A stretch of 64,000 nt of DNA, taken from Octopus sinensis (taxonomy: Eukaryota). The position numbers were made by a program, and so were the translations under genes. Of this stretch, positions 62,506 through 64,000 are shown one piece after another; within the stretch, counting starts at the first letter, position 1; each line of letters starts with the position of its first letter. The notes below the pieces were generated by a model. It was not told the origin of the DNA, did not search any database, and saw only the letters and a list, made by a program, of their open reading frames with translations. The stretch spans positions 176,886,001 to 176,950,000 of the forward strand of contig NC_042997.1 in the NCBI RefSeq assembly GCF_006345805.1. The letters run 5' to 3'.

Positions 62506-64000
62506 TGTAAAGAAAACAAATGTTTAATCAGCCTCCTTCAATTCTTTGAAATGACTGAGACTATCAGTTTGAAATAGAAATAATTGTTAAGCGGACGATG
62601 CCAATCTTTTGAATGGGAAAATTCTTTATAAACTTGTTGCTTAAATTTCATTATCTTCGCGTGCATGCGTGTATTTGTGTGTGTGTGTATGTGCATCTTT
62701 GTGTGTGTGTGTGGGCGTGAGTCATGATTAAACCATTCTACTTGCTTCCAAACTCTTTCACTAAAACTGTATAATTTAAAAATATTTTACCCGAAAGAAG
62801 CGGCGGTTATATGCGGTAATATTGAAAACTAAAATAACGGGTTTATTGATAAATCGTTCTATGAATTTACTTTGTTCGTATTAGAAAGCATATAAGTACT
62901 GTTTGATTAGAACAGTTGATCATTAGACTAAAATTCCTTGTGCTGTTATTTTACGTTCTGAGATAAAATTTCACGGTCGTGATGATGGTGGTAGTAAGTG
63001 CTGGTTCAGCTTTCAGCTTCCAGGCGTCGATAAGATGATATACCAGTTAAATACTGGTGTCATTTCAATCGATTATTCCAGCCGGCCAAATTTATAGCTT
63101 TGCGCAAATGTTAAAAAAAAATCGATATCAGAAAGCATATATGAGTATCAATATATTTAATATACAAAACAACGTTAAGAAGCTCAAGTGAAGTAAAATG
63201 CGTCGTGACAAACAAAAAGAAAAAATCTTTTTCATGATTCCATTGATGACTGTTAAAAGTAAAAAAGAAAATAAAGGCAAAAACCCCTAGCATAAATATG
63301 TCCCGAGTTGTCATCCGTACTTGTTGGATGTTGGAAAAATGAAAAATGAATGTCATCGACTACTGCTTTTTTTTTCCCATCGCATATGTTATTTTTGTGT
63401 AGCTTTTTAATGCAGAATGTATTATATATATGCTGACATTCACTCAGCAACTGTTTGTATTAGACGGATAATGCCTTAAAAATATTCAGCTCTAAATAAT
63501 AGGACGTGCTAGGTTTTTGCATTTTAAAACAGAGAATGCTGTTTTGCTGCATTGTCGGTCATCTTTAGCGTAACAGAAAGAGGAAAACCAGATCTGACAA
63601 TTGTTTTTGTGAGTAACAGTTACCAAACAGCTTTCGGATTTGTTTACAAGAGCCAGTCAATTCTGTATCGCATAACAACTTTTTATAAAATTCTCTCGCA
63701 GTTCTGCTTAATATATTCTTTCTAAATTTGGCACCAGGGAGGCAGATTGTCAATTACATCGATCCCAGTATTTAAATGGTACTTTATTTCATCGATGAAA
63801 GGCAAAGTTGGCCTCGGTGGGATTTGTGTTCAGAACGTAGAGTCAGTAGTAATGAAGTTAAGCATTTTGTCCAATACATTAACGATTCAGCTGGTTCACT
63901 ACCTTAGTTCCACTTATAATATTGATTTCAAATTTTGGCACAAGGTCAGCAATATTGTGGGTGGGTGTAAGTCGATTATATCAACCCCAGTCCTCAATTG

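Overview
This is AT-rich, microsatellite-saturated eukaryotic DNA that looks intronic or intergenic. The repeat families and composition suggest a cephalopod, probably Octopus (inference, not verified). No intact host gene, rRNA, true tRNA gene or CRISPR array can be supported, and most ORFs in the track are translated microsatellites. The window is a mosaic of mobile elements: (1) a young 5'-truncated Penelope-like element (RT C-terminus plus GIY-YIG, 29077-31170) inside (TA)n, whose 3' pseudo-LTR carries five CCAAT-N12-CRE modules, a TATA box, a Kozak ATG, a splice donor and a variant hammerhead ribozyme; (2) a second, decayed Penelope-like GIY-YIG fragment with inverted ends; (3) two short families carrying minimal hammerheads; (4) an L1/Tx1-like 3' end inserted three times into one (TATC)n array; (5) an RTE LINE ending in three C2H2 fingers, a second RTE-type RT fragment and an R4/Dong-like LINE at (TAA)n; (6) decayed hAT (Buster/Charlie-like) and Tc1/mariner transposases; (7) MITEs with internal telomeric repeats; (8) many tRNA-derived SINEs from at least four families, some with 12-18 bp TSDs and swapped tails. 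A decayed, unidentified coding stretch lies at about 11.2-12.85 kb. The most interesting signals are microsatellite-specific retroelement targeting and several non-canonical hammerhead variants. All family assignments are from motif recognition by eye; no searches were run.
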